This document shows, one piece after another, positions 37,945 to 48,712 of a stretch of DNA of 64,000 bases. Source of the stretch: an uncultured virus (IMG/VR IMGVR_UViG_3300028027_000046). Taxonomy: Duplodnaviria > Heunggongvirae > Uroviricota > Caudoviricetes. Location: the IMG/VR virus record IMGVR_UViG_3300028027_000046; one strand, written 5' to 3'. Below the pieces are notes generated by a model. The model was not told where the DNA came from, did not search any database, and saw only the letters and a program-made list of their open reading frames with translations. How positions within the stretch are numbered: position 1 is the stretch's first letter; the number at the start of each line of letters is the position of its first letter. Position numbers and translations under genes: made by a program.

Positions 37945-38868
37945 ATGTTTACTGATAAAACATTAATATTCATTGATAAGGCTAACACTAAACATAACCA
38001 TGTTTATGACTATTCCTTAGTCAACTATATTAATGCTAAGACTTATATAGACATAATATGTCCACAAAACCATACTTTTAAACAAACACCCAATGATCAT
38101 CTTAATGGTCATGGTTGTAAAGTATGTTCTGGGTGGGGTCAAATTAAATTTAATCCTGATGAGTTCATAAATCGAGCAAAGGAAGTACATGGTGATCTAT
38201 ATGATTATTCAAAGTCTGAATATATAGAGCATAACACTCCCCTTATAATAATATGTCAAGAACATGGTGAATTTGAACAATCCCCAAAATCCCACTTAAT
38301 CAAAAAATACGGGTGTCCTAAATGTGGGATATCTGTAAGGGTAAATAAGTTAAGGTGGTCTTTAGACAAATTCATCATTGAATCCAATAAAGTACATAGG
38401 GGAAAATATGACTATTCAAAATTTAAATATATTACATTTGGGAGTAAATCTGAAATACTCTGTAAAACTCATGGTTTATTCCTCCAAACACCAAAAGACC
38501 ATATCATCCAAAAACAAGGATGCCCCAAATGTGGATTATCTAAAGGCGAAAGCATCATCCAGTATTATCTTATAGACAACAATATCCAATATTCCACTCA
38601 AAAAACATTCCCCGATTGTATTAATCCTAAATCAAATAGAAAATTAAAATTTGATTTTTTCATCCCCCATCTTAATATGTGTATTGAATTCGATGGTAAA
38701 CAACACTTCGAAGAGGCACCACGATTCAAAAGTGAACTATCCCATATACAATATAGAGATGAAATTAAAAATAAATATTGTCTTGATAACCAAATCAGTC
38801 TTATTCGAATAAAATATTTGGATATTAAAAAAATAAGTAGTATATTAGACAATATATTTAAACAATAA
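37945..38868 (+). CDS. putative homing endonuclease: three zinc-binding repeats plus a Vsr/PD-(D/E)XK-like domain
   Basis: Three YDYS...IC..HG.F.Q.P..H...GCPKC repeats; SKGE...FDFF...IEFDGKQH. Confidence 0.85.
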   Translation: MFTDKTLIFIDKANTKHNHVYDYSLVNYINAKTYIDIICPQNHTFKQTPNDHLNGHGCKVCSGWGQIKFNPDEFINRAKEVHGDLYDYSKSEYIEHNTPLIIICQEHGEFEQSPKSHLIKKYGCPKCGISVRVNKLRWSLDKFIIESNKVHRGKYDYSKFKYITFGSKSEILCKTHGLFLQTPKDHIIQKQGCPKCGLSKGESIIQYYLIDNNIQYSTQKTFPDCINPKSNRKLKFDFFIPHLNMCIEFDGKQHFEEAPRFKSELSHIQYRDEIKNKYCLDNQISLIRIKYLDIKKISSILDNIFKQ

Positions 38869-38885
38869 ACCAAAAACCAAGTTAT

Positions 38886-40400
38886 ATGTCAAACAATTTA
38901 AAATCTACTCGTCGTCACGTTGAGAAAGAATACCGTCGCAAGATTCTTCTCATCGCTGACGACATCTAAGTTAGAGTATTCTCTGGAGTGGCTACTGTCG
39001 CTCGCGAACTCGTAACAAACACATGCCATCACTACAATTATGTTTGTATTGGCGGAGCTATCAACCACCCTGAAGCTGGTAAACGTTTAGATCTATCTGT
39101 AGATACAGCTAAAGTATCTAGAGTTGAAGATGCATCTGTATTTTTATACCCAGTAAGTGGGTATGGTGATGCTAATTTAATTCGTACACTATTAAAAACT
39201 GAGAAACCGGATGCGATATTATTTGTGACTGACCCGAGATACTATGAATGGTTATTTGCTATCGAGAATGAAATCCGTAAGCAGATACCAATGATTTACC
39301 TTCAAATATGGGATAGCCCAGTGCCATACCCACTATGGAACAAATCATATTATGAATCATGCGATATGTTATTGGCAATTTCTAAACAAACCAAAAACAT
39401 AAACAAGGTTGTGTTGGGAGACATTCCATACACGGACATAGACAACGCAATATCTAATTTTGACAGTAATGATTCAAATAGAAACTCACCTATTCTACTA
39501 TCCTACCTCCCACACGGTTTAAACCACAACACATTTAAACCATTAGACCCAGCAACACCTGAGCTAGTTGAATACAAGAACAAACTATTCAAAGGTAAAG
39601 AATATGATTTTACATTATTCTTCAACTCCAGAAACATGCACCGTAAACATGTTCCAGACACATTATTAGCGTTCCGTTTATTTTTAGACAAATTAACACC
39701 TGAACAAGCACAAAAATGTGCTCTAGTAATGCATACCGAACCAGTAAGCGATCACGGTACAGATTTAGTTGCTGTAATTGACTACTTGTTGGCTGATTAT
39801 AAATCAAACATTTACTTCTCGACTGACCGTAATTCACCTGAAACAATGAACTTGCTGTACAATTCAACAGATGCACAGATCTTGTTAAGTAGTAACGAAG
39901 GATGGGGGTTATCACTTACGGAAGCAATATTAGTTGGTAATCCAATCGTAGCAAACGTTCAAGGTGGTATGCAAGACCAAATGCGATTTGAAAACGAAAA
40001 CGGTGAATGGCTAGATTTTACAGCTGATTTCCCTTCAAACCACCGTGGAACATATCAAAACCATGGCGAATGGGCGTTTCCTGTATTCCCGTCAAACATT
40101 TCCATCCAAGGTTCACCTAAAACACCGTACATTAGTGACGACAGATGTAGACCTGAAGATGCAGCTGAACAAATATTCAACGTATATTCACTTGAGGCAA
40201 GTGAAAGAAAACGTAGAGGTTTAGCCGGTAGAGAATGGGCACTAAACGAGGCTGGATTCACAAGCGAAATCATGGGCGAACGTGCCATCAAAGCAATCGA
40301 TACATTATTTGATACGTGGGAACCTAGAGAAACATTTGAATTAGTAAATGCTACTTCGTATACTCCAGACACAACTAGAAACACTAAATTAATCTACTAA
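38886..40400 (+). CDS. GT-B (family 4-like) glycosyltransferase interrupted by an in-frame TAA at 38967
   Basis: KILLIADDI*VRVFSGVATVARE; PHG, RNMHRK, NEGWGLSLTEA. Confidence 0.8.
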
Positions 40401-40409
40401 AACAAAGTT

Positions 40410-41708
40410 ATGAGTTCAAACAATCCTACATGCGTCTTTTACGGCGCGATAGATACTTTTTCAGGCTATGGCGCGAGAGCGCGCGATATTGCGCGAGCAT
40501 TAATCGATATCAAAGGTGAAGAGTGGGACATTAAAATTATTTCATGTCGTTGGGGTAACACACCCCAAGGCTTCATCGAGGACAACCCTGAATGGTCATT
40601 TTTAAACGAACATATTCTTCCAAACCCACAATTAACATACAAACCGGATTTTTTCTTCATGAACACAATCCCATCCGAATTTCAAGCAATAGGGGGATTT
40701 AATTGTGGGATTACCGCAGGAATTGAATCCACTATAGCACCATCGGATTGGGTTGAAGGATGTCAACGTATGGATTTAGTGTTAGGTTCATCTAAACACA
40801 CAGTTGATATTTTACGTTCAAGTAAATTCCATAAAGTAGACAAGAATACAAACCAAAACATCGGTTTAATTGAGTGGACTAAACAAGGCGACACATTATT
40901 GGAAGGTGTTGACTTAAACACATACAAAGTAACAGATGTTAATTCATCCGAATTTAACCTAGACACAATACCAGAAAAATTCTGCTATTTATTTAACTCT
41001 ATGTGGGTAGGTAATGCACCAATTGGTGAGGACAGGAAAAATGTAGGCTTGCTAATTAAGTTGTTCCTTGAACTATTCAAAAACAAGAAAAATACTCCTG
41101 CACTCATCCTAAAAACAAGCACTGTTTCAGCATCGTACACAGACCGTGAAGAATTACTTAAACGAATCAATGCAATTAAAAAAACAGTTGTAGCGAATAC
41201 ACTCCCAAACATCTACTTGTTACACGGTGAATTTACAGATACTGAAATCAATAATTTGTACAACCACCCAAAAGTAAAATGTATGGTTTCATTAACCAAA
41301 GGAGAAGGTTGGGGACGTACGTTATGTGAATTTTCAGCAATAAACAAACCAATCATCACTACTGGTTGGAGTGGGCAATTAGACTATTTAAAACCTGAGT
41401 TTACTGCGCTTTTAGGCGGTACTTTAACGCCTATCCATTCATCTGCAGCGAACAATATGCTCTTAAAAGAAGCGAGCTGGTTTAGCGCTGATATTCAACA
41501 GGCATCAAACGTAATTTTAGACATGTTCGACAATTACAAGAAATATGCTGAGTTAGCTAAACGCCAGGGTTACCACACTCGAAACAATTTTTCATTCGAC
41601 AACATGAAAGACAAATTGAAATCCATACTTGACGCACTACCTACACCAGTTAAACAAGTCCAATTAACGTTACCAACTTTACCTAAACTTAAAAAAATAG
41701 AACAGTAA
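40410..41708 (+). CDS. GT-B (family 4-like) glycosyltransferase
   Basis: SGYGARARD, DRKN, KGEGWGRTLCE, WSGQLDY. Confidence 0.85.
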   Translation: MSSNNPTCVFYGAIDTFSGYGARARDIARALIDIKGEEWDIKIISCRWGNTPQGFIEDNPEWSFLNEHILPNPQLTYKPDFFFMNTIPSEFQAIGGFNCGITAGIESTIAPSDWVEGCQRMDLVLGSSKHTVDILRSSKFHKVDKNTNQNIGLIEWTKQGDTLLEGVDLNTYKVTDVNSSEFNLDTIPEKFCYLFNSMWVGNAPIGEDRKNVGLLIKLFLELFKNKKNTPALILKTSTVSASYTDREELLKRINAIKKTVVANTLPNIYLLHGEFTDTEINNLYNHPKVKCMVSLTKGEGWGRTLCEFSAINKPIITTGWSGQLDYLKPEFTALLGGTLTPIHSSAANNMLLKEASWFSADIQQASNVILDMFDNYKKYAELAKRQGYHTRNNFSFDNMKDKLKSILDALPTPVKQVQLTLPTLPKLKKIEQ

Positions 41709-42211
41709 TGGGAACTTCAATAGGTGTTCAAAAACACAGAATTAAACGATTAATAAATGAGGTATTAGGTCTTAATGAATTATTTGAAACCCCACCATTT
41801 AAAACATCCTTTGATTTTGTTGAAGATGGGGGCAATATTGAATCAAGACCATTTAATGACCCAAAAAATAATATTGTCAAAGTATATTTTTACAATTTGG
41901 GGAATGATTCATTTGAAGTTGATTTTACTTTAAATGGAAGTAGTTACTCCAACAGTAATATAACATACCCAATCCCAGAATATACTTCCCTTGTTAAAAC
42001 AGTATATGCGTGTATAAACCAATTTCTTGTTGATTTTATCCCCAATGCAATAAAAGTGGAGGGAGCAGATACATTTGAAAAAATAGCTAAAGGAAAAAAA
42101 GGACAAAAAAATAGTATCTATAGATATTCAATAGATTTTCTTGATCCTCACAATAATTACTATATAAACACTAATTATGATAATGGTAACTTTGAATTAA
42201 TTAAAAAATAA
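41708..42211 (+). CDS. hypothetical AT-rich inserted gene
   Basis: 167 aa with INE/LNE motifs near the N-terminus. Confidence 0.6.
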   Translation: MGTSIGVQKHRIKRLINEVLGLNELFETPPFKTSFDFVEDGGNIESRPFNDPKNNIVKVYFYNLGNDSFEVDFTLNGSSYSNSNITYPIPEYTSLVKTVYACINQFLVDFIPNAIKVEGADTFEKIAKGKKGQKNSIYRYSIDFLDPHNNYYINTNYDNGNFELIKK

Positions 42212-42217
42212 AATAAT

Positions 42218-42679
42218 ATGCAAAACGACGAAATAATTAATTGTCCTAAATCAAAAGGGGACCTTTGCTACAAAACAGAGGTATCTAAAGGTATCTATAG
42301 TTACCTATCCCTATCCTGTGGTTTCTATTCAAACACACTACTAACCGAAGGCAGTGAATTTTACGAACAAACCGTTGTTGGTTTACCTGAGCTACACAAA
42401 GAATTAGCGTGGAAAGACCCTGAAACCGGTTTAGTATGGTTCCCAAACCTAATCAAAAATGAACTTGGTATGATTTACGCTGGAGGTACATCAGTAGACA
42501 ATTGGGGATGGGCAGTAGTAAAACAAGTAGAAATACCTGAAGCCGAACAAAAGAACCATCCAATCCCAGGTAAACCGGGAAAATACATGACTCACAAACC
42601 AGACATGGCAAACATCAAATATTTCCCAGAGCGCGACTATATTGGTGCACTTGAGGAACTTGGTGTATTACCTAAATAA
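42218..42679 (+). CDS. hypothetical protein
   Basis: 153-aa ORF. Confidence 0.7.
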   Translation: MQNDEIINCPKSKGDLCYKTEVSKGIYSYLSLSCGFYSNTLLTEGSEFYEQTVVGLPELHKELAWKDPETGLVWFPNLIKNELGMIYAGGTSVDNWGWAVVKQVEIPEAEQKNHPIPGKPGKYMTHKPDMANIKYFPERDYIGALEELGVLPK

Positions 42680-42736
42680 ATAAGAAAGCTTGGCTAAGCC
42701 AGGTTTTCTTTGTATATTTACTCAAAACAAAAATAT

Positions 42737-43378
42737 ATGAGTCCATCTATCTCTTACTCTTTGACTGTGTGTAATGAATTCCTTGAAGTTCAACGCTTAG
42801 TGCAATTTTTGCTTCGGCACAAGCGACCACAAGACAATATTGTCATTCTATATGACGAAGCAAATGGTGATCCTGAGGTGGAGAATTTTCTCCGTACCCA
42901 TTCTGTTAACAATGAATTTATGTGGAGTAAAGGCCACTTTGACCGCGATTTTGCATCGTGGAAAAATAAACTCATTGACATGTGTAACAAAGACTTTATC
43001 TGCAATTTAGACGCAGATGAAACCCCACACGAGAACTTAATTAAGTCTCTACCAGCTGTCTTGGAATTAAATCCATCCATCGATGCGTACTGGGTGCCTC
43101 GAATCAATACTTTATCCGGTGATGAAAACGAGATAGACACGTATGTGAATCAAATTGGATGGACCATGAACGAACAAAAACACATCAACTTCCCTGACCC
43201 ACAACTGCGTATCTTTAGACGCAACCCAAACATCAGATGGGAAGGTAAAGTACACGAAACAATTAAAGGATATGAAACCATATCCAGACTACCATTCGAA
43301 GAGGAATGGAGCTTGTATCACCCTAAAACATATTTAAAACAGTTAAAGCAAAACAATTTATATGCAGGAATCAATTGA
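42737..43378 (+). CDS. GT-A (family 2-like) glycosyltransferase
   Basis: ISYSLTVCNE, LDADE, PRIN, GKVHE. Confidence 0.88.
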   Translation: MSPSISYSLTVCNEFLEVQRLVQFLLRHKRPQDNIVILYDEANGDPEVENFLRTHSVNNEFMWSKGHFDRDFASWKNKLIDMCNKDFICNLDADETPHENLIKSLPAVLELNPSIDAYWVPRINTLSGDENEIDTYVNQIGWTMNEQKHINFPDPQLRIFRRNPNIRWEGKVHETIKGYETISRLPFEEEWSLYHPKTYLKQLKQNNLYAGIN

Positions 43379-43709
43379 CATCAGACCATGGGGTAAATTT
43401 GAAATTTTATCCGAAGGTAAAAACTTTAAAGTAAAAAAAATCACTGTATCACCACAACAACGTTTATCGTTACAATCCCACAAAAACAGAACCGAAACTT
43501 GGGTTGTAGTTGAAGGTAAAGGCAAATTCCAGTTAAACGAATTCAGTACATCAATTTCAAACGGAAACATCGTAGTAATTCAACCAGGTGAAAAACATAG
43601 AATCAGTAATACTAGTAAAACTAAAGACTTAGTATTCATCGAAGTTCAGTATGGTAAATGCAATGAAAACGATATAATCCGATACGAAGATGACTACAAT
43701 AGAAAATAA
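43362..43709 (+). CDS. cupin, mannose-6-phosphate isomerase type II C-terminal domain
   Basis: RPWG, LSLQSH, ETWVVV, KHRISN, IEVQYG, DIIRYEDDY. Confidence 0.9.
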   Translation: MQESIDIRPWGKFEILSEGKNFKVKKITVSPQQRLSLQSHKNRTETWVVVEGKGKFQLNEFSTSISNGNIVVIQPGEKHRISNTSKTKDLVFIEVQYGKCNENDIIRYEDDYNRK

Positions 43710-44553
43710 ATCACCATTAACATTTTGCATATCAACATACAATAATTTGGATTATCTTAAATTAGCTGTTCATTCCGTTAGGAAGAACAGCTTTTTTAGC
43801 GATGCTCCATTCATTATTCATGCTGAAAACTGTACTGATGGTACAGATGAGTGGTTAGAACAAAATTCGGAGCAATACAATATAACTTATTTCGTTGATA
43901 AAAACGAAGTACCTGTTGGTATAGGCGGTGGAATGAACTTTTGCGCGGACCGCGTTGAAACTGAGTATATCATGTTTTTACACTCAGATTTTTACGTTGG
44001 TAAACATTGGGACAAAGCATTACTAGATGTAATCGAACGTTACCCAAACGAAAAGTTATGGGTGTCATCCCATAGAATGGAACCAAACATGTTCAATAAT
44101 CCATCATCTAGACCAGGAACATACATTATAGACAAAGAAATACTTGGTGCATATCATCACGATTTCAAATCTAATGAATTTGAAGCATTTGCCCTTGAAT
44201 TTATGAGCGCCAATGGTTCATATGAAATACCTAAAGGTGAAGGCGTATCCGGTTTAATCCGTAAAAGCGACTGGAATGAAATAGGTGGAAACGACCCTAT
44301 ATTTGCTCCAGCTAGTTGGGACGACATGGACCTGTTTTTAAGAATGTTAGACAATGGGTTTAGATTCATACTAACTGGATCCTCATTAGTATGGCATTTT
44401 GGGGCTCGCGGTTCACATAGACTTGAAGAAAATGATGGTAAGTCATCTCAACGTCAAATTGAAGCAGAACAAAAGAATGTTCAAAAATGGTTGTCTAAGT
44501 GGGGAAAGCTTCCTATATTCAACGAAGTAGGAATGATTAACGGATTAAAATAG
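43690..44553 (+). CDS. GT-A (family 2-like) glycosyltransferase
   Basis: ISTYNN, CTDGT, LHSD, IGGND, DDMDLFLR. Confidence 0.88.
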   Translation: MTTIENKSPLTFCISTYNNLDYLKLAVHSVRKNSFFSDAPFIIHAENCTDGTDEWLEQNSEQYNITYFVDKNEVPVGIGGGMNFCADRVETEYIMFLHSDFYVGKHWDKALLDVIERYPNEKLWVSSHRMEPNMFNNPSSRPGTYIIDKEILGAYHHDFKSNEFEAFALEFMSANGSYEIPKGEGVSGLIRKSDWNEIGGNDPIFAPASWDDMDLFLRMLDNGFRFILTGSSLVWHFGARGSHRLEENDGKSSQRQIEAEQKNVQKWLSKWGKLPIFNEVGMINGLK

Positions 44554-44557
44554 TAAA

Positions 44558-45340
44558 ATGCATAAAATAGTTTTATATTGCAAGTCATATAGAAATGATT
44601 TAGACAGAGTGGTAACATTATGTGAGAGTATAACCAAACATAATAAAGACAATATTCCATTCTATATCTCTGTACCTCGCCATGATTTAAATATGTTTGA
44701 AGCTATCCTAAAAGATGGATTTGTAAAAATCATACCAGACGATGAAATTGATCCCAACTGTGATGGATGGATAGGACAACAGATAGTAAAATCTCAATTT
44801 TGGAAATTAGGATTATGTGAAAATTATGTATGCTTAGATTCAGACAGTGAATTTGTCCGTGATTTCTATATTAGTGATTTTATGTTCGATGAAAACACCC
44901 CATACACAATATGCCATGAACATAGAGAATTATTTGAATGGGCTGACAGAAATAATTTAGGTTTTGATCCTTATCAAAGTTATTTAAGAGACAGACATAC
45001 TATCAAAAATCTATTCCACAACCCAACCCAGGTAACCCACGACTTCGGCCCATCCCCAGTAATATGGTCCAGAAAAGTATGGGAATCATTAGAAGAAAAT
45101 TATATTAAATCTAGCGGCCTTACCTTTTCCCAATTAATCCAACACGTTGGTTCTGAATTTACATGGTATGGTGAGTGGTTATTACGTTCTAAAGCTATTC
45201 CTTTGATACCTCGTGGCCCTTTATTTAAAGTTTACCATTACCGACAACAATGGATAGATGATAGAAAAAATAATATTGATTTAGACCAATTACGAAAATA
45301 TTATATTGGAACTATATTCCAATCCAATTGGAAACATTAA
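44558..45340 (+). CDS. putative GT-A fold glycosyltransferase
   Basis: GWIGQQIVK, LDSD DxD motif, SEFTWYG. Confidence 0.65.
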   Translation: MHKIVLYCKSYRNDLDRVVTLCESITKHNKDNIPFYISVPRHDLNMFEAILKDGFVKIIPDDEIDPNCDGWIGQQIVKSQFWKLGLCENYVCLDSDSEFVRDFYISDFMFDENTPYTICHEHRELFEWADRNNLGFDPYQSYLRDRHTIKNLFHNPTQVTHDFGPSPVIWSRKVWESLEENYIKSSGLTFSQLIQHVGSEFTWYGEWLLRSKAIPLIPRGPLFKVYHYRQQWIDDRKNNIDLDQLRKYYIGTIFQSNWKH

Positions 45341-45362
45341 TTAAAATTTAAAAAATAAATAT

Positions 45363-46004
45363 ATGTTTAAAACAATTTGTGAAAATTATTCACTAGTACA
45401 CAATCCTGTAACTATTACTAATGATGATAGTATATCGTTTGATGGTTCTCAAATCCAATCCGAATTTTTTCCTACTTTGGAAGAAATTGTTAATAATTTT
45501 AAACTTAAAGGACATTACAATGATGAACTTACATTTTTAGAAGTAGGTGCTTGGAAAGGGTTATGGGGAATGGCGTTTGTTGAAATTTGTAAAGAATTAG
45601 GAGTTAAAGGTAAATACATTACTTTAACCATGATCGATCAAGACCCAAACAACCAACCACTTTATAAAACAATTGATTGGATTAACCAACAACCAAACAT
45701 GACTGCTGAATTAATCGACTCAGATACAATGGCTGAAAACGCTTTAGATTTAGTATTGGAAAAAGGAAAATCGTTTGATGTAGTATTCATTGATGCTGGT
45801 CACAAATACCATGAAGTAATGAATGATATTGAAAAATTTGCTCCATTAGCTGATTCTATGTTATTATTTCATGATATTAAACCAATCAACACAACAGTAA
45901 ATTGTGGTGTATATGAAGCCATCTGCAATTCAGATATTAAACTAGACAAAGAAATTTCAGTATTAAACGACCAAATGGGAATTGGTATTAAATTTATTAA
46001 ATAA
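45363..46004 (+). CDS. class I SAM-dependent methyltransferase
   Basis: FLEVGAWKG, FDVVFIDAGH, FHD. Confidence 0.85.
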   Translation: MFKTICENYSLVHNPVTITNDDSISFDGSQIQSEFFPTLEEIVNNFKLKGHYNDELTFLEVGAWKGLWGMAFVEICKELGVKGKYITLTMIDQDPNNQPLYKTIDWINQQPNMTAELIDSDTMAENALDLVLEKGKSFDVVFIDAGHKYHEVMNDIEKFAPLADSMLLFHDIKPINTTVNCGVYEAICNSDIKLDKEISVLNDQMGIGIKFIK

Positions 46005-46726
46005 TGTTAATAGCTACACTAAATCATAATCTCCCAGATCTCACGGATAATCTCGTAAACCAATTAAAACGAGATCCATTTTTTAATCAATGTGAATTAG
46101 TAGTTGTAGATAACGGTTCTAAAGAACAATTAGCAAAATCAACCACCCACCGTTTAGAAAACAATGTTTTCTTTGGTGGGGGGTTTAATGTTGTTTTAGA
46201 ATATTTCCTATCTACAGATCACGAATATTTATATTTTTTAAATAATGATCTAATATTTCATGGTCCATCATTCTTAACTACTTCATACAATGAAGCCAAA
46301 TACTCAGATGCTACAGTATACTCACCATCGGTAATCAATGCATCTGTAGAACAATGTCATTGGAAACAAATGTGGAATTGGGGTAAAGGATTAAGAAATG
46401 TGGATTGGGTTGATTTTCAATGCCCATTGATCCACCGCAGAGTACTAGAGCAAATCAAACATTACCCCGATGAATTAATTTATGGGTGGGGATTAGATTT
46501 CTATACAGGATGTATTACAAAACAAAATAATTGGAATACAGTAGTATCTGATAATAACACCATATGTCATTTGAATTCACAAACATTCAAACAAAACAAG
46601 ATTGATATTGGAGTAAGTGAATTTTGTCAACAAGCAGATTTAAGAATGAATAATTTCTTTTTGAATTCTGAGTTTAAAGACGTATATTTCGAATTAAGAA
46701 AACACGGAGAAACCTATAGCATATGA
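46004..46726 (+). CDS. GT-A (family 2-like) glycosyltransferase
   Basis: VVDNGS, FLNND, YGWGLD. Confidence 0.85.
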   Translation: MLIATLNHNLPDLTDNLVNQLKRDPFFNQCELVVVDNGSKEQLAKSTTHRLENNVFFGGGFNVVLEYFLSTDHEYLYFLNNDLIFHGPSFLTTSYNEAKYSDATVYSPSVINASVEQCHWKQMWNWGKGLRNVDWVDFQCPLIHRRVLEQIKHYPDELIYGWGLDFYTGCITKQNNWNTVVSDNNTICHLNSQTFKQNKIDIGVSEFCQQADLRMNNFFLNSEFKDVYFELRKHGETYSI

Positions 46727-47877
46727 TCAGTTTAATATTACCATCGTACAACAACTTACAGCACGTGCAAAACGCATATGCTTCAATTAAAAAACATGCT
46801 CCTAAAGCAGAAGTTATCTTATTAGATGATGGTTCAACTGATGGAACGTGGGAGTGGATGATACAACAAGAAGGATGTATCCTATACAGAAGTGAAGAAC
46901 GTGTAGGTCATACTATACTATATGATAAAGGTATTAGTTTAGCTACAAAAGACATTGTAGGAATCATCCACGCAGATATGATTTTAGGACCTAACTACAT
47001 TGAAAATTTAGTTAAACATATCAAACCAGGAACAGTTGTATGTGGTACTAGAATTGAACCACCATTACACCCTGAAGGAAAGGAAAAAATCATTCGTGAT
47101 TTTGGTATGGATTTTGATACTTTAAACATAGATGCATTCGAAACGTTTGTTACCGATGCACAGATCGAATTTAAAGACCAAACATCTAAAGGGATGTTCG
47201 CGCCATGGATCATATACAAGAAAGATTTTCAAGCCATAGGAGGACACGATCCATTATTTGCTCCATTCCCATATGAAGACTCAGACATATTCCAACGTTG
47301 GATATTAGCTGGATATAATTTAATTCAATCTAGAGATGCATTTGTATATCATTTAACGTGCCGCGGACATAGATGGAACGATAAAGTAGGCACAGACGAC
47401 GATTACTTTAAAATAGTATCCAAACGAGCACAACGTAATTATTTACGTAAGTGGAAATCATGGATCAAAAATGATGAATTCCAGTACCCAATCACCCCAC
47501 CAGTATACAACATAGCATATATTGTGAAAAACTGCAATTTAGCGTTGCTATCAGCGTTTGAACCATGGTGTGACAGGATTTATATTGAGGACGATATGCA
47601 GGTGTTATACTCGCATTATCTTGACCAGGAACAACCAAACACCACCTACGACTTATCCAAACGTGTATTTAATTTAAAAAACAATGATCCAATTGGTGAA
47701 AATGACATAGTAATTGAATTCGACGTTCGCTTGCTAACCCAAGAAAACATTCGTGTATTACAACAAATGCCAGAAATCATTAAAAATAGTGGAAGTGTAG
47801 GAACATTTGAACTAGACATATTTAAATTAAATATCCAACACATTGAGGATTTATCTCATGAACTAATTAATATATAA
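46723..47877 (+). CDS. GT-A (family 2-like) glycosyltransferase
   Basis: ILPSYN, DDGSTDGT, HADM, YEDSD. Confidence 0.9.
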   Translation: MISLILPSYNNLQHVQNAYASIKKHAPKAEVILLDDGSTDGTWEWMIQQEGCILYRSEERVGHTILYDKGISLATKDIVGIIHADMILGPNYIENLVKHIKPGTVVCGTRIEPPLHPEGKEKIIRDFGMDFDTLNIDAFETFVTDAQIEFKDQTSKGMFAPWIIYKKDFQAIGGHDPLFAPFPYEDSDIFQRWILAGYNLIQSRDAFVYHLTCRGHRWNDKVGTDDDYFKIVSKRAQRNYLRKWKSWIKNDEFQYPITPPVYNIAYIVKNCNLALLSAFEPWCDRIYIEDDMQVLYSHYLDQEQPNTTYDLSKRVFNLKNNDPIGENDIVIEFDVRLLTQENIRVLQQMPEIIKNSGSVGTFELDIFKLNIQHIEDLSHELINI

Positions 47878-48033
47878 AAATGGAAACATATATTTACTTT
47901 AGCGCTTATGATTCAAACTCAGAGCCTATAAACAAAATCAAAGCAAACAATGCATACGAGGCAACTGAAAAATTCGCTGCAATGAAGCAACTCCCACTAG
48001 ATGAATTCATATCTATATTTAATGTAAAAGCAT

Positions 48034-48414
48034 ATGGAGAAGAAACAGACCAAACACCTATCTGATTTAATTGGTAAAGGTGTTGAAATTAAACAAAAAA
48101 CGGTATCCCCTAAAAAAGCAGAAGAGCAATTTTTCCTTAGACTAATTGAAACTTTATGTATCATTAGTGAAAGATCTATGATAGCATTGGATTTAGGTAT
48201 AAACCTATTTGAATATGATATGGGATATATGGAAGTAATTGAAAATTTACTTGCTAAAACATACGGAGAAATACCATCCTCCGTTATTTTATGGTATGTA
48301 TTCGAAAAGACAACAGAACATGGGGAAGAATGTAACATCATTGACGAAAACGACGTAGAACATACTATTAAAACCCCGAGACAACTATATAAATTTATCA
48401 AACAATATGAATGA
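48034..48414 (+). CDS. hypothetical protein
   Basis: 126-aa ORF. Confidence 0.65.
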   Translation: MEKKQTKHLSDLIGKGVEIKQKTVSPKKAEEQFFLRLIETLCIISERSMIALDLGINLFEYDMGYMEVIENLLAKTYGEIPSSVILWYVFEKTTEHGEECNIIDENDVEHTIKTPRQLYKFIKQYE

Positions 48415-48664
48415 ACCAACCCCTTGCGTACATTGTAAACAACCAATCAACCCACTACGCATAAAAGCACTTCCTGGGACTAGAACATGTGTTGAATGTT
48501 CAACTACCGGAGCCAAACGTGGAGTTACTACAATGTTTGGCAGTAAAGATCACACCTGGACCGATGTAGTATTTATGGAGCAATCGCAATATGAAAAATA
48601 CGAAACAGTCAGTAAGAAACACTTAGATATTGTAAATCCAAAAATATCAGAAGAAGAAGAATAA
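48407..48664 (+). CDS. TraR/DksA C4 zinc-finger protein
   Basis: CVHCKQPINPLRIKALPGTRTCVEC. Confidence 0.8.
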   Translation: MNEPTPCVHCKQPINPLRIKALPGTRTCVECSTTGAKRGVTTMFGSKDHTWTDVVFMEQSQYEKYETVSKKHLDIVNPKISEEEE

Positions 48665-48712
48665 GCTTGGTTTTACCAAGCTTTTTTTGTATATTCAATA
48701 AAAACAAAAGAT

